A stretch of DNA of 64,000 bases from Schizochytrium sp. TIO01 (lineage: Eukaryota > Protista > Bigyra: Labyrinthulomycetes), in assembly GCA_004764695.1 (NCBI GenBank), contig SMSO01000032.1, positions 8,979,230 through 9,043,229 on the forward strand, read 5' to 3'. Below the pieces are notes generated by a model. That model saw only the letters and a list, made by a program, of their open reading frames with translations, ran no database searches and was not told the DNA's origin. Positions 23,981-36,000 of the stretch are shown in pieces (the first letter of the stretch is position 1; every line of letters starts with the position of its first letter). A program made the translations under genes and the position numbers.

Positions 23981-26900
23981 ATGAGAACCACTCAAGGATG
24001 GCATGTATTTGCCTTCGTTGCTCTTGTGACAATTTGCGCAGTGACAGCTGATCGAAATGCGGAATTCTCTGCTACAGAACATGTCTCAATGAATGACTCC
24101 AAGCATAAACTAGAGAAGTGGCGGAAGCTAGATTCTTATCCCTCTGATTTGTGCAGCTGTAGCAGTGCTACAATAAAAGTAAGATGCGATGATAATCTTC
24201 AGTTTCGGCAGTACGAAATGACAAACGGTGTTTACACCGAAATACCTAGCGACCGCAGTGGTACTTGGGATTATCAAGATTGGACGACCACGTATACCAA
24301 AACGATCGAACTCTCTGGGCAGACGCATCTGGAGTTTGAATGTCAAGATTCTGGCGACACAGGAGGATTTGTAGCCGAAATCGAAGCATGTGGTTATACT
24401 TACATAACAGATCGAAGTGTTGTTTTTGACAGTAACCCAGATCCATATGGGTGGTTCATTAACCCTGAAAAGTCTGATAGTAGCTCTACAGCAGGACTTG
24501 TCTACACGCAAATGGGAACTGGCGTTTGGGGGACTCGGGGTTCTGGCCTCACAAACACAGACGCATACTGGGTCTGGAATGGCAAAACCTACAACACAAT
24601 CACCTTTGGATTCAATCTGGAATGTCCTAACCAGGAATGTACCAGCGCGACTATCGAGGCACGCTGTGATGATAACCTGCGCTTTCGGCAGTATGAGCTT
24701 TCAAGCGATGGACTGTTCGTAGAGCAGTCGAGTGATCGTACAGGAGAGTGGGATAGCACCAGTTGGATTACTACATACGTCAAAACAATCGGCATTACAT
24801 CAAACACCCATCTTGAGTTCGAGTGCAATGATAATGGATCTGTTGGAGGTTTTGTTGCTCTTATCAATGCATGTGGCAAACGATATGTTACAAGCCAGGC
24901 AACAATCTCGAATGCTAACCCGAATACCCTGGAGTGGTACATTATTCCTTCACTCACAGATGAATCCACTAACGCTCTGGTCTACACCCAGAATGGTGAA
25001 GGTGAGTGGAGCTTAGCTGATAATGTACTCACAGACTCTGATACATACTGGGTATGGAACGGTGAGCTCTTTAACACAATGACGTTTGGTTTCGACTTTG
25101 GTCGTGCACGTCAATTTACACCCGCGCCAACATTTTCCCCGACCCCAGAGCCGACTCCAAGACCAACACGCTTTCCGACGCGAAGACCAACTCCAGCTCC
25201 TACCGTTTGTACCAGTGCGACTATTGAGGCACGCTGCGATGATAACCTGCGCTTTCGACAATACGAGCTTTCAAGCGACGGCTTGTTCGTAGAGCAACCA
25301 AGTAATCGTACAGGAGAGTGGGATAGCACCAGTTGGATTACTACATACGTCAAAACCATCGACATTACTCCAAACACACATCTTGAGTTCGAGTGCAAAG
25401 ACAATGGATCTGTTGGAGGTTTTGTTGCCCTAATCAATGCATGTGGTAAACGTTATGTTACAAGCTCTGCAACAGCGTCGAGTTCTAACCCTAACTCCCT
25501 GGAGTGGTACATTATCCCTTCGCTCACAGATGAATCCACTAACGCTCTCGTCTACACCCAGAATGGTGAAGGTGAGTGGAGCTTAGCGGACGATGTACTC
25601 ACAGACTCTGATACATACTGGGTATGGAACGGTGAGCTCTTTAACACAATGACGTTTGGTTTCGACTTTGGTCGTACACGTCAGTTTACACCTGCGCCAA
25701 CGCTTTCCCCGACCCCAGAGCCAACTGTGGCCCCTACCGTTTGCACCAGTGCGACTATTGAGGCACGCTGCGATGACGATATGCGCTTTCGGCAGTATGA
25801 GCTTTCTGACGATGGCCTGTTTGTAGAACAACCAAGTGACCGTACAGGAGAGTGGGACGACTCCGACTGGACTACTACATATGTCAAAACAATCGACATT
25901 ACTCCAAACACACATCTTGAGTTTGAATGCCAAGATAGGGGATCTGTTGGAGGATTCATTGCTCTTATCAACGTTTGTGGTAGACGTTATGTTACAAGCT
26001 CTGCAACAGTGTCGAGTTCTAACCCGAACTCCCTGGAGTGGTACATTATCCCTTCACTCACAGATGAATCCACTAACGCTCTCGTCTACACCCAGAATGG
26101 TGAAGGTGAGTGGAGCTTAGCGGATGATGTACTCACAGACTCTGATACATACTGGGTATGGAACGGTGAGCTCTTTAACACAATGACGTTTGGTTTCGAC
26201 TTTGGTCGTACACGTCAGTTTACACCTGCGCCAACGCTTTCCCCGACCCCAGAGCCAACTGTGGCCCCTACCGTTTGCACCAGTGCGACTATTGAGGCAC
26301 GCTGCGATGACGATATGCGCTTTCGGCAGTATGAGCTTTCTGACGATGGCCTGTTTGTAGAACAACCAAGTGACCGTACAGGAGAGTGGGACGACTCCGA
26401 CTGGACTACTACATATGTCAAAACAATCGACATTACTCCAAACACACATCTTGAGTTTGAATGCCAAGATAGGGGATCTGTTGGAGGATTCATTGCTCTT
26501 ATCAACGTTTGTGGTAGACGTTATGTTACAAGCTCTGCAACAGTGTCGAGTTCTAACCCGAACTCCCTGGAGTGGTACATTATCCCTTCACTCACAGATG
26601 AATCCACTAACGCTCTCGTCTACACCCAGAATGGTGATGGTGAGTGGAGCTTAGCGGATGATGTACTCACAGACTCTGATACATACTGGGTATGGAACGG
26701 TGAGCTCTTTAACACAATGACGTTTGGTTTCGACTTTGGTCGTACACGTCAGTTTACACCTGCGCCAACACTTTCCCCAACTCCAGAGCCTACCCCAGAG
26801 CCTACCCCAGAGCCTACCCCAGAGCCTACTTTAGCACCAACACATGATCCTACGAGAGCTCCGACAGACAAACCAACAGATTCTCCTACTCAAGAGCCAA

Positions 26901-28096
26901 CTGCAGCTCCTACATTTTGTACCAGTGCGACTATCGAGGCACGCTGTGATGACGATATGCGTTTTCGACAATACGAGCTTTCTGACGATGGCCTTTTTGT
27001 TGAGTTGCCGAGTAACCGTACAGGCGAGTGGGATAGCTCCGAATGGCCGATTGCCTACGTCAAGACAATTGACCTAACACCAAACACGCATCTTGAGTTT
27101 GAATGCCAAGAAGCTCGGGGCTCTGTTGGAGGTTTCATTGCTTTGATCGACGCATGTGGCACGCGATATGTTACGAACAACGCAACTGTGTTGGATTCCA
27201 ACCCAGATTCTCTGCAGTGGTACATTATCCCTTCACTCACAGATGAATCCACTAACGCTCTCGTCTACACCCAGAATGGTGATGGTGATTGGACCTCAAT
27301 GGATGATGTACTCACAGACTCTGATGCATACTGGGTATGGAACGGTGAGCTCAACAACACGATGACGTTCAGCTTCGACTTTGGTCGTGCACGTCAGTTT
27401 ACACCTGCGCCAACACCTTTGCCAACTCCAGAGCCTACCCCAGAGCCTACCCCAGAGCCTACTTTAGCACCAACACATGATCCTACGAGAGCTCCGACAG
27501 ACAAACCAACAGATTCTCCTACTCAAGAGCCAACTGCAGCTCCTACATTTTGTACCAGTGCGACTATCGAGGCACGCTGTGATGACGATATGCGTTTTCG
27601 ACAATACGAGCTTTCTGACGATGGCCTTTTTGTTGAGTTGCCGAGTAACCGTACAGGCGAGTGGGATAGCTCCGAATGGCCGATTGCCTACGTCAAGACA
27701 ATTGACCTAACACCAAACACGCATCTTGAGTTTGAATGCCAAGAAGCTCGGGGCTCTGTTGGAGGTTTCATTGCTTTGATCGACGCATGTGGCACGCGAT
27801 ATGTTACGAACAACGCAACTGTGTTGGATTCCAACCCAGATTCTCTGCAGTGGTACATTATCCCTTCACTCACAGATGAATCCACTAACGCTCTCGTCTA
27901 CACCCAGAATGGTGATGGTGATTGGACCTCAATGGATGATGTACTCACAGACTCTGATGCATACTGGGTATGGAACGGTGAGCTCAACAACACGATGACG
28001 TTTGGTTTCGACTTTGGTCGTGCACGTCAATTTACATCTGGGCCAACGACATCCCCTACTGTCATGCGCCGCGCGCTGCGGAGTGTACAGGTTTAA
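23981..28096 (+). CDS. Secreted protein with 7 tandem ~160-aa lectin-like beta-sandwich domains (ADEL/CBM67-like pattern) and Pro/Thr linkers
   Basis: Signal peptide MRTTQGWHVFAFVALVTICAVTA. Seven repeats of CxSATIxxRCDD...LEFECxDxGxxGGFxA...YxT...W...QxGxGxW...DxYWVWNG. PTPEPT linkers; no TM anchor. Repeat periods of 534 bp and 633 bp. Confidence 0.88.
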   Translation: MRTTQGWHVFAFVALVTICAVTADRNAEFSATEHVSMNDSKHKLEKWRKLDSYPSDLCSCSSATIKVRCDDNLQFRQYEMTNGVYTEIPSDRSGTWDYQDWTTTYTKTIELSGQTHLEFECQDSGDTGGFVAEIEACGYTYITDRSVVFDSNPDPYGWFINPEKSDSSSTAGLVYTQMGTGVWGTRGSGLTNTDAYWVWNGKTYNTITFGFNLECPNQECTSATIEARCDDNLRFRQYELSSDGLFVEQSSDRTGEWDSTSWITTYVKTIGITSNTHLEFECNDNGSVGGFVALINACGKRYVTSQATISNANPNTLEWYIIPSLTDESTNALVYTQNGEGEWSLADNVLTDSDTYWVWNGELFNTMTFGFDFGRARQFTPAPTFSPTPEPTPRPTRFPTRRPTPAPTVCTSATIEARCDDNLRFRQYELSSDGLFVEQPSNRTGEWDSTSWITTYVKTIDITPNTHLEFECKDNGSVGGFVALINACGKRYVTSSATASSSNPNSLEWYIIPSLTDESTNALVYTQNGEGEWSLADDVLTDSDTYWVWNGELFNTMTFGFDFGRTRQFTPAPTLSPTPEPTVAPTVCTSATIEARCDDDMRFRQYELSDDGLFVEQPSDRTGEWDDSDWTTTYVKTIDITPNTHLEFECQDRGSVGGFIALINVCGRRYVTSSATVSSSNPNSLEWYIIPSLTDESTNALVYTQNGEGEWSLADDVLTDSDTYWVWNGELFNTMTFGFDFGRTRQFTPAPTLSPTPEPTVAPTVCTSATIEARCDDDMRFRQYELSDDGLFVEQPSDRTGEWDDSDWTTTYVKTIDITPNTHLEFECQDRGSVGGFIALINVCGRRYVTSSATVSSSNPNSLEWYIIPSLTDESTNALVYTQNGDGEWSLADDVLTDSDTYWVWNGELFNTMTFGFDFGRTRQFTPAPTLSPTPEPTPEPTPEPTPEPTLAPTHDPTRAPTDKPTDSPTQEPTAAPTFCTSATIEARCDDDMRFRQYELSDDGLFVELPSNRTGEWDSSEWPIAYVKTIDLTPNTHLEFECQEARGSVGGFIALIDACGTRYVTNNATVLDSNPDSLQWYIIPSLTDESTNALVYTQNGDGDWTSMDDVLTDSDAYWVWNGELNNTMTFSFDFGRARQFTPAPTPLPTPEPTPEPTPEPTLAPTHDPTRAPTDKPTDSPTQEPTAAPTFCTSATIEARCDDDMRFRQYELSDDGLFVELPSNRTGEWDSSEWPIAYVKTIDLTPNTHLEFECQEARGSVGGFIALIDACGTRYVTNNATVLDSNPDSLQWYIIPSLTDESTNALVYTQNGDGDWTSMDDVLTDSDAYWVWNGELNNTMTFGFDFGRARQFTSGPTTSPTVMRRALRSVQV

Positions 28097-29679
28097 TAAA
28101 ACGTTCGCAATTTGATTTGGTATGAAGTTCTGAACTCAAGCTCCCATAATCACAAACAAAATCTTTTCCTTTTATCATTTCTTCTTTCCATCCAATTTAT
28201 CCTATGACAAAATTCTCAAGCCTGTTAAAAGTTCTTTTCGAGCCAATTTGCGCTGAAAGTGCAGTCACACTTGCAAATGTATTGCATAAAAATTCAATGC
28301 TGCAATCTTTTGTGTAAGTTGTGAAATGTGCAATTGCCCTTTACTTACTTTTCACGTCCACCTTCATCGACAGGCTTCACTTCATCGCTTCATCTGAGTT
28401 TGCCATCTTCTTGTCAGTACGAGCTAATCTGCAATAACCTGTTATGAGGGCGTGTTATTTCGAAGAAGGTGTTGTGTCTGTGATACTACACGTGTCCCTA
28501 CTTTGATGAAGTCCTTGTGCAAATTAGGAGAACGCAAAACTCTACAACTTTTAAAATGCTGGAAATGAACTGTGCTTTGCCCTCAACGAAAACATAAACA
28601 GACAGTCGCTTTCCAAATCAGAGCTATTGAGATCTATTAAAGATAGTTTTTAAAAAGTATTATAATAAAGATCACTTCGAGACGGCGTACCTCTCTATAT
28701 AGAGTTTCTGATACCTTGCGGTGTTGCTGACTGAACTATCGAAGGAACCGAGAGAGTAAAACTAAGAAGAATTGGCATACAATAATAAACTTAATGTGTT
28801 TCATCGGCCTGAAAAAATAGAGTTGAGAAAGCATATATATATATATATATATATCATCAGTCAAATGTTAACGAATCATTACTCTATTCTAATTTATGTT
28901 CAATATTATGTTATGTTTTAGTATTTCCCCTCACGGAGAACCTTGCATGGCTACACATTATACATTTGATCCTGTTGGCAGACGTCGGTACTATCTGGAG
29001 GAGAGCAACTGCTTTCTTGCTTCTAGTCAACAACACTTAAGCAAAAGATAATCATTACAAACTCGATTAGTTTATTCCGATCTGGATTTTGCGCCAGCAA
29101 TATCCGGTGTTAGCAAAGGTGACAATAAGTCTTTTAGAACGAGTCGAGGATTTCTATCCTGAATATTCGTATTCCAGTAATCACGAAGACGCTCTGCTGG
29201 AGCAACTGCCACGCCTCATGAACATGCTCGAATGAACCAGCCAAAACTAGATCTTGCCCAAGCCTTTTTAAGCAGATTCTCACATAAGCATGACAGGCAT
29301 CTGCATCCTGAGAACTATACTCAAGACACTATTGCAGAATAGCGTGTGCTGTGAAGCGTGGAGAGGTAGTCTAACAAGGATGACGAACTCAGGAGAAAGA
29401 GAAAGAGGATGATATACGAGTTATTGGGGTTCCGGGTCTGCATACAGGCAGGGATGAATATGTGGACAGGAGAGCTTGACTTGAAGCAGAAATAAAGGCA
29501 GAAGCAAAAGTTAGGATTCCCTATACCTCAACAACACAATTCGTAGAATGAATGATTACACGATCCCAAACAAATGAAGTTACCCCAATCCATTCAAACC
29601 GCGAGGCTCCGTAGCAAACCTGGCGCCATCAAAACCATCTTGCTCGCTCTTGGGCTCTGGAGAAGGCTCGCTTTAGGGT

Positions 29680-30105
29680 TGGTCGTGACTCCTAAACAAT
29701 TGAAAGATAGGCTAGCATTCAGAAGGTTGAACGAAGAGGATGCTAACTCTCTCAGAAAACTAAGCTTGTGAATGAGTTAGGTAAACTAAGCGGGGACTAA
29801 GGAGTCCTGCTAGGTGAAGACTCTGGTGGCTGTGAGTAGCCGGGTTTTGGGGGTACGCTTGTCCGTGAGACTTCTTCTTTGAGAGGTGTGGATGTGCCAG
29901 TTGCACGATAACGTGCACGATAAGAGGAAATCTTTTATGTCTAAAAGATTTTAGATTAACAGGTTTTTCTTTTAAATTTTCTTTTTAATGAAAATAAAGT
30001 TTTAACTTGAAAGGGGTGAAGTTTTCTCTGTCTTTTTTTTTTCTTGATAATGTAAGGGCGAATGCATTCATTTGGCAACTTGTATAGGAATAGCCTAGAG
30101 GGCTC
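29680..30105. repeat. Dispersed repeat copy A (partner at 47592-48085)
   Basis: Collinear shared blocks GATAGGCTAGC.TTCAGAA, GAACGAAGAGG, AGAAAACTAAGCT, CGTGCAC.ATAAGAGGA, TTTAACTTGAAAG, GGCGAATGCATTCATT, CAACTTGTAT, CTAGAGGGC. Confidence 0.8.
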
Positions 30106-31744
30106 CACAAGTTGACTATGGGTGAGTGAATCGCGGAGCCTGTCTGCCTCGTCGTGAGAGTGCTGACGCGCTCAATATAGTGGCGGAAGACTTTGCGAGC
30201 ACTGTGTATCAATCGGTGTGCGAACTGAACTGGCCATGTTGAACAAGCGCACTTGAATTCAACTTGAAAAGTGTGGGGTCTCCCACATTCTCTTGCACCC
30301 ACCTCTTCTACACACACAAAACAAGGTTCACTCGCTCACTTCACTACAATGTTTACTCTGAAGTCCGAGCCCGTCTCTGTGAGGCCGGGTCTCTCAGCTT
30401 GTGCTGGTCCACCAATCCAGCTCACTTCTCTGTTTTCTAAAAAGGGGCGCACGCCAACAATATCTGATAATGCGACGACGATCAATCGTATTAAAAACAA
30501 AAAGCAGTACTAGGTAGTACTTTAAGACTAGAACGTAACACTTATTTTAGGGCGCATCTGAGTCTGTCATGCTGATGTGAGCGTCCCCCAAAAAAACTCG
30601 CGAGGGGGGCGGAGAGAACATTGGAGAGAACAGGCGAAAATCTTGGTAAATTATACTTCAAAAACATTGTGCTGGCGAGCTTTCTAATATGCATTTTATA
30701 AAATAAATGGCTTTGACTGTGGGACATGATGTGACATTTTTAGCTTTAAATATAAAATCTCTATGAACTTTGTTACTGGTTTTAGCAAGAACACACTGAC
30801 GACTCTCCTCTGCTTCCACTGAAAATAATGACACTGGCTCTTCTCACAAGGTAAATGCAGTAGAGCTTATAATTGTACAACAATGGTTTTATTTGTATAT
30901 TTAAACCGCATAGAAACTAATACCAGACTATTCTCAACAATTTGCGAACCTTGGCAAAGCTACCTAGGTTTCTGCGCTTGAGCAATCAGCATGCGTATTG
31001 CTGATTGAATATCAACCGGAAAGTCTTCAAAATCTGCAATTTGAGAATTGCTACTACTTTGTTTGTGAACTCTACATAGCAAATATTCAGTTATGTGAAG
31101 TAAATTGGGATAGATCTTAATGGTTTTACTCAAACATGTGATGTTTGAGTAAACTAGCCAGGGATGAAGAGGCCAAAATATCAAGTTGAACTGTGACTCT
31201 TGGTTGGTTTAGAACAGAACATTGCTCTGGAACATTCCATATACACTCCATAGTACCTCATAATCGTTCTAAGCACGAGTTTTTTACTCAGTTGGAAGAA
31301 AGACTTTCGTCAGCATGGTAGTCGAGCCGATTAACATGTATTGCGCAACATCTTAGTCCGTGTCATCACGATCATGATGAAAGTTTTAATTCTTTTTCTT
31401 TATTTTTTTTTTAAGTAAATAAATAACCATTGGTTTAAAAAACGAGCCCAGTACAGTCACTCAATGGTGGGAGCTTGAAACGAGCTGTTCTGCATTTGGG
31501 GCTATTAAAATAAATCAACTGGAGACGAGAGTTGATAGCCGACAAGCGCATCGTACCAATGTTGCTAGTAAGAGGATATCTAAATTGATATTTCAACTGG
31601 AGTAGAGTTTCAACTTTTAAAACATTGTTCACTCGCTACAAATATGCTTAAAATCTCTGCTGTCAAAATACCTTCACCCTTTTTGTTTTTATTTTATTTT
31701 ATTTTATTTTATTAACTAAATAAGTATATATATATTAACAGATG

Positions 31745-32437
31745 AATTTATAAACAGGTCGAGCAACATGTTAATGGTCAACCTCTTTAACGAAGACAGC
31801 GTGCTCAAAAGTGATCCTTTGTTTTCTGGTCCAGTTTGCAGTACAAATATATCAAGTATTGCTTGTTTAACAATGATGGAAGAAAGTAATCCTAATCGCT
31901 ATCTTGCACAAGGGCCACTATGAGCAATGAACTGAGTGTGGCTCTAAAGTTGCACCCTCGAGTAGTTCACTATTGGGCGTGCGCTTCAGAAGTATAATGA
32001 GTACCTCCCATCCAGTACGTATCATTCTCCAAGACGAATCGCAAAGTGGTAGATGGGGTGCGCACATTATTCATTTTCATAACATGTATATACATAAATG
32101 AATAAACAAATTGAGCAACATGTTGATGGTCAACACCTTCAACGAAGACAACATCCATAGAGTGTACTGAAAAATGATCCTTTGTTTTCTGGTCCAGTTT
32201 GCAGTACAAATTTATCAAGTATTTGCTTGTTTAACAATGATGGAGGAAAGTAGTCTTGCACACGGGCCACTATGAACAATGCACTGAGTCCGAGAGTGGC
32301 TCTAAAGTTGCACCCACGAGTAATTCACTATTGAGCGTGCGCTTCTATAATGAGTACCTCCCACCCAGTATGTGTATCACTCACCAAGACGAATTGCAAA
32401 GTGGTAGATGGCGTGCACGCATTTTCCATTTTCATAC
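31745..32437. repeat. Tandem duplication of a ~350-bp non-coding segment (2 diverged copies)
   Basis: TGATCCTTTGTTTTCTGGTCCAGTTTGCAGTACAAAT at ~31812 and ~32175. GTGGCTCTAAAGTTGCACCC and CAAAGTGGTAGATGG occur in both copies. Confidence 0.85.
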
Positions 32438-33040
32438 TAATACGCAAAAAAAAAAATTAAATACACATCATTGGCTAGTGATTTGAAAAATAAAAATAAA
32501 AATAATTAGCAGGATTAATTCTTAAAATGTGTGCATTCTACATATAACTAATGGAAGGTAGTACGAGCATAAAATGATTCTATATAGGCCTCTACGTATG
32601 TAAATCCTACCATTACCAATTCTCTGGGACCCACTCCGTACTACCTACCTATGTCCCAATCCAGTGAGAGTGTCTACAGCTGAACCTTTGCTGCCGGGCC
32701 TACTAGGTATAGGTACTTTTTTTTTTTAATTGTAAAAAATTGAAAAACAAAAGACACCAAAGAAAGGCTCGAACTTTGAGTGAGGGATGGGGTATTACTA
32801 TCATTAGTTGCCGAGTTACTAGTGGATTAAATTTAAAAGTATATAGCCTACCCTAAGGAGCAATGCACCACCATCGAGGTGTTGTGCACCAAGTTACCTT
32901 GAAATCGTCAAATTTAGAAACTTTCGACGCAATGCAAAACACCAATTGCCCACGCCCACGCTGTACCTAGAGTTGGCAGGACCACTTAAGAAACAGTCGC
33001 ACAGAGTTGTCCACCATCATACTAACCTGTAGGTCGCAAG

Positions 33041-36000
33041 ATGGCGAAACAGCGAAAAGCCCTGTCCTCTGTTCTTGCCCTTGCAGCTCTCCTTTGCCTG
33101 ACCATACCCAAGTCCTTGGCAGCAAGCTGCACTGTGACCTCTACAACAACTGCGCCAGCATATCCTAGTGACTCTGGCTTCGACACGTCCAAACTTATTA
33201 GTATCGCAAAAGCTACAGAAGTTGTTCAGCTTCGAGTGACACCAAATTCCCCTCCGGATGGCTGGAACTCACGTACGAGCTGCCCTTTTGATGAAGACGC
33301 TGATGAACTCCTACCTTGGGAAGATGTATCAACATGGGGCTCAGCTGTCCCGGCAGACGGTGAAGACGTAACCTTACCCGAAAACTCACGGGTGCTCATC
33401 AGTGGCTGCTCAGTCTCTGCCGATACAGTTTATGGGCTCATCACAATTCCTGCAACTTCGGAACTTGTGTTCGCAGATGAAGACATTATGCTCAACACTA
33501 CTGGCATCAGTGTTGATGGCAAGCTTGTACTAGGCTCTGAAACATGCCGATTGCATAGTGATATCTCCATCACTTTGCATGGGTCCAGGCCGTCCTCATT
33601 TCCAGTCTCGCCGCACTATAAAGGCATCACTGCTCAGGGCAATGGTGTGCTTGATGTACACGGCTCTATCTTTCATCCCACCTGGTCCCGGCTTGCTACT
33701 ACAGCCTCCGCCAGTGACACACAAATCTACTTGCAACACAAGGTCAACTGGCAAGCTGGCCAACAAATCGTTGTAGTAGCGACTGAACTTAAGGATTCGA
33801 GAGACTGGCACCATAACGAGGTTCGTACGATCTCGAAGGTAGAGATTAGTGGGAAATTCTCCCGTATTACGGTTACCGAGGCATTGAATTACACCCACTA
33901 TGGAGGATCGGAGTACCAAGCCGAAGTTGGCCTGCTCTCGCACAATATCATCATCCAGGGTGATATTACTTCTGAGGGCACTGATTCAGATGATGATATT
34001 TGCTACAACAGCGAGTATGGTAGCTACCCTTGCATTGATAAGCATCTTACAGGTTACGGTGGGCACACGCTCGGTAATGGAACAAATGCGACCGTGCGAT
34101 TCGAAGGTGTAGAGCTGTATCGCATGGGTCAAACAAACGTGTTGGCCCGGTATCCATTCCACTTTCACCACATGGGTGAAGGTGGTGTAGACTCGTACCT
34201 GAAGCACTCAAGTATGCATCACACTTTCTACCGGTGTGCAACGATTCATGGGACAAATCACTCTTTGATTTCAGATAACGTTGCGTATGATGCGATTGGT
34301 CATTGTTTTTATAGTGGTGAGGACGGCGTAGAAGAGAACAACACTCTCGCGTACAATCTTGCTGCGCATGTTCATTTTCTTGGCTATCCTCAGAGAAGTG
34401 GCAACCAATACATGAATACGGTAATACAAAACTCTACGTTAACACAACCTGCAGATTTAACAGCTAGCCCCTTTTACATTACACGTGCATACAATCGCTA
34501 CTACGGCAATGCTGCTTCCGGAGGATATTCGGGCTTTGCTATAGTACGGATGCCCGCCCCTATCATGGATTACCGGGATTGGGACTTTCCAAAAGGAGGT
34601 TTACCTGAAAATCGACCATTCTTGGAGTTTGATGGAAATACGTGTCATTCTTCTGGATTTTGGTGGAATTCAGCAGCTTGTATTTATGTGGGTGGACTGC
34701 TAACACATGTTAATAGTTCGAGTTCTCTTTTGCAATATAATCCAGGCCGGACTACATCAAGCCGAAATACCGTGTGTGACCTTGGAGATGACGCTTACTC
34801 ATGCCCACTTGCGATGAATAATACGAAGGTATTTCTAAGCAACTGGGGTGTAACCAACTGGGGAAAACGAGGAACCTTTAATTCAATGGAGGTTCACGAT
34901 ACTACACGCCCAGTAGGTGTTCTTGGTGAGCACTTTTTGAACAATATCCTTTTTGTCTGCCGCTCTGGAAACTTCGAACCCGTTCAATCTGGAACAGACA
35001 AGTACTCCAAACGCTGGTTCTACTCGAGTTATGTTGGATATGAAACCTATGATGTAGATCAACGTCATATTATTGATGGCATAATCATGCGGAAATGTGG
35101 CAACCCGGAAAGGGACTCGCCAATTTGGCGCTTTGCGACGCATTCTGATCAATATGTACCAGGTTTTCAAGAGGTCATAAATGATGTTACATATGACCAG
35201 TGTAACAAAACAGTTCTCTTTAGTGAGACAGTCTCCGCTTACCTCTCTGTTAGCGGATACCTTGCAAATCTGTTAGATGCGGATGGATCTTTGAGTGGTG
35301 ATGGAAATGGCCCTCGCATTGTTGGTTCAGGTCGTGAAGGCATTGAATTCTGGGAGCTTGACGATAATTGCACATTGATAAATGACTATTACTCTTGCGA
35401 CGCCATTTCTCCAATTACAGGAAAGAAGAGAGGCATTGCTAGTTTCACAGTTCAATTCGATCCTACATTGGTAGAACAATTTTCAGAGGTCAGTATATGC
35501 AGTAATGGAGCGTACAAGTCCATTGACTGCCCTCGGGTAGGATCGGTAATGCGAATTGGCCAAGAAGGAGAGCCTAGTGAAGTTGGCCTTCCAATTGAAG
35601 GTAACGCAGTTATCTCGGGTGCCACTGGCGGATTTGGCTTTCTCCTTCTCTTTGATTCGGGTAGTCCTGTTGAGGCTGTGTTTCTCAAAGCTCAAATTGA
35701 TGAAGACGATCTTCTTATCATTGCCATGCCATACCCGGCAGGTTCAGTGTTTAATATGACCTATCGGTCTGCTTATTGGTGCTATCAATGGCATTCGCTC
35801 GACTACTGCGAGCATAATTTTTCGTCCGCTGCTTCACTCCAGGCAGTTATCAATGGCAACGGAGATCTCTACTACTTTGATACTAGTCGTGGGTTGTTAT
35901 TCTTCCGTTACGTACAACAGAGTCCTCATAGAGCTGATTATTCAGAGTCTCCAGCATATGGACAGCTTGGGCTGTCATATTATGAGCGAGCTGGATTTCG

